DNA of 42,489 nt, taken from IMG/VR virus record IMGVR_UViG_3300037602_000024, positions 1 through 42,489 of that record; one strand, given 5' to 3'. The translations under genes were made by a program, and so were the position numbers. Shown here piece after piece: positions 41,111-42,489 of this stretch. The notes below the pieces were generated by a model. That model saw only the letters and a list, made by a program, of their open reading frames with translations. It made no database searches and had not been told where the DNA came from. The stretch is from a virus (lineage: Duplodnaviria; Caudoviricetes). The first letter of the stretch is position 1. Every line of letters begins with the position of its first letter.

Positions 41111-42489
41111 CACCAAGTGCTTCCCATCAGCGGTATATAGTAGGTCGTGCCGGTGTCATCCTTGATAGGGATGTACCGATTGGCCGAAAAACTACCCGGG
41201 ACAGATGCGGCAGTCGATGAGTAGCCCAACCGGAGAAGGCCCGCGCCTTTTGGCAAAACGCGGAAGTCGATGTCCGTATCGACGCCTGCGGCCGACAGGG
41301 TTACACGACCAGAGCCCGATATGCCCGGATTGATGGCCAGACGATTCACGTCCGCCGCTCCAGCGGTAGGCGCGATAACGGTGAACAAGGTGTTTTCCGT
41401 CGTCAGATCGGACTGCACGCCCTTTACCGAGAACTGCGCATTCTCAAAAATTAATCGAGTTTGAGTGACCGACGATGAACCCTCGCCGCGGATGGTGCCG
41501 GTCCTGTTGTTTATGCCGTTTCCGTTTTTCCAAATAGCCTCATGGCCACGGGCGAACTCAATCGCCGACGCGGTCCCGGTCCCGGCCCCGTCTGTGCCCT
41601 CTAATGCATTAGCGGCAAAAACGAGACCTTTGTTGAACCGGTTGCTCGCTGCCGTCTTGGCACTATTTACGATACCAATGGCGACACTGACATTGGTTAA
41701 GGTAGCGCCAGAACCCGCAGCAACCAACTCTTGGGCAGTTTCGCCGCCAACACCGATCCAGGCAGCAGCAGTGGTGCCAGTGGCCCCCATTTCATATGGA
41801 GACACGGTTTGCAGGGTAGTCGTGGAGCAAGTGTCCAACTCTATGGACGTGGTAAACTGGTTGTCCTGTGTATTGACCGCATGGCCGTAGAATGCCCAGC
41901 TTGACTTCTTGTTGCCCGTATCTGTGTTGTCATTGTGAGAGTATGCGGCAACGCCGATAGCGGCCTTTTCCCCAATGCGCACGTTATCGCTGGTGCGGCT
42001 CCCTGCGGCTATCGCCAAGCCGCCAATCGTTTGCGCGACCGAAAGCTGCGCGCGGCTCTCGAAGTAGGTCATAAACCCACCTGCCTCTGCACCGAGCCAC
42101 GACTTATTTGCCCCGGGCACCTGTTCGCCGGTTGTTAAAGCGGCCCCCGATCCAATGAATACACGACCGGGGAACCTCTCGACCGCGACACCCTTCGTGT
42201 CGCCCTCGAAGAAGTCCAGAGTGGCCACAAAATCGCCGCCGCCCGTGAGAGCGGCCCACGTGCCCGCCGGATCGAACTTAAATTTGGCGTTGGTTGCAGT
42301 GTAAGCACTTGAAAACGTGTAGCTGGCCGGGGGAACCGGCACCAACACCGTGCCGCCCGCCGCATCCGCAGCCACAAACGCCGCCCGATCATCCGTAACT
42401 CCGTCGCCGACAGCGCCAAAATGCTGCACCAAGACAGGCCCGCCAATGTCCACATCGCTCCAAGTGATGGAGCTTCCAGCACCGGACGC
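41110..42489 (-). CDS. Tailspike/tail fibre, C-terminal part (starts at 337 across the junction)
   Basis: FGAVGDGVTDDRAAF pectate-lyase-like beta-helix entry motif; open to the contig end. Confidence 0.85.
   Translation of the reverse strand, partial: ASGAGSSITWSDVDIGGPVLVQHFGAVGDGVTDDRAAFVAADAAGGTVLVPVPPASYTFSSAYTATNAKFKFDPAGTWAALTGGGDFVATLDFFEGDTKGVAVERFPGRVFIGSGAALTTGEQVPGANKSWLGAEAGGFMTYFESRAQLSVAQTIGGLAIAAGSRTSDNVRIGEKAAIGVAAYSHNDNTDTGNKKSSWAFYGHAVNTQDNQFTTSIELDTCSTTTLQTVSPYEMGATGTTAAAWIGVGGETAQELVAAGSGATLTNVSVAIGIVNSAKTAASNRFNKGLVFAANALEGTDGAGTGTASAIEFARGHEAIWKNGNGINNRTGTIRGEGSSSVTQTRLIFENAQFSVKGVQSDLTTENTLFTVIAPTAGAADVNRLAINPGISGSGRVTLSAAGVDTDIDFRVLPKGAGLLRLGYSSTAASVPGSFSANRYIPIKDDTGTTYYIPLMGSTW
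42363..42489. repeat. Terminal direct repeat, right copy
   Basis: Identical to 1..127. Confidence 0.95.

Noticed and set aside
42363-42489. 127-bp repeat as a biological terminal repeat or att site
   Set aside because: It falls mid-gene and equals a common assembler k-mer length; best explained as circular overlap
1-42489. Integrase/repressor, tRNA genes, CRISPR array, reverse transcriptase/DGR, introns or inteins
   Set aside because: No such motifs or repeat-spacer periodicity were seen by eye; DnaE, TerL and the helicases are of uninterrupted length. tRNAscan and HMM searches would be needed to exclude them formally

Overview
The window is an apparently complete, circularly assembled genome (42,362 bp plus a 127-nt end overlap) of a tailed siphovirus-type phage. 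Its host is most likely an alphaproteobacterium, given a GcrA homologue and GTA-like tail tube, chaperone and head-spike genes. No integrase, repressor, tRNA or CRISPR array was seen. One long minus-strand arm runs from about 29.85 kb down through replication genes (DnaE-type polymerase, DEDDh exonuclease, primase-helicase, VRR-NUC), packaging, head and tail genes, then across the contig junction into fibre genes and small membrane genes. A short plus-strand arm (30.3-36.1 kb) holds early or host-takeover genes (DUF932, GcrA, SNF2-like helicase). The standout observations are: (1) two type II hammerhead ribozymes, each with a covarying loop I/3'-tail pseudoknot, that bracket a 973-nt two-ORF cassette in the early transcript; (2) a tightly coupled nucleotide-modification-like operon (FAD oxidoreductase, ThyX-fold enzyme with altered catalytic motifs, HAD phosphatase, SDR, VOC protein, two NTP-pyrophosphatase-like proteins) beside a phage DnaE, suggesting an uncharacterised DNA base modification; (3) two related long hairpins; (4) a head-spike base with two fibres sharing a docking peptide; (5) no recognisable endolysin. 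All family assignments come from reading motifs by eye, not from database searches.
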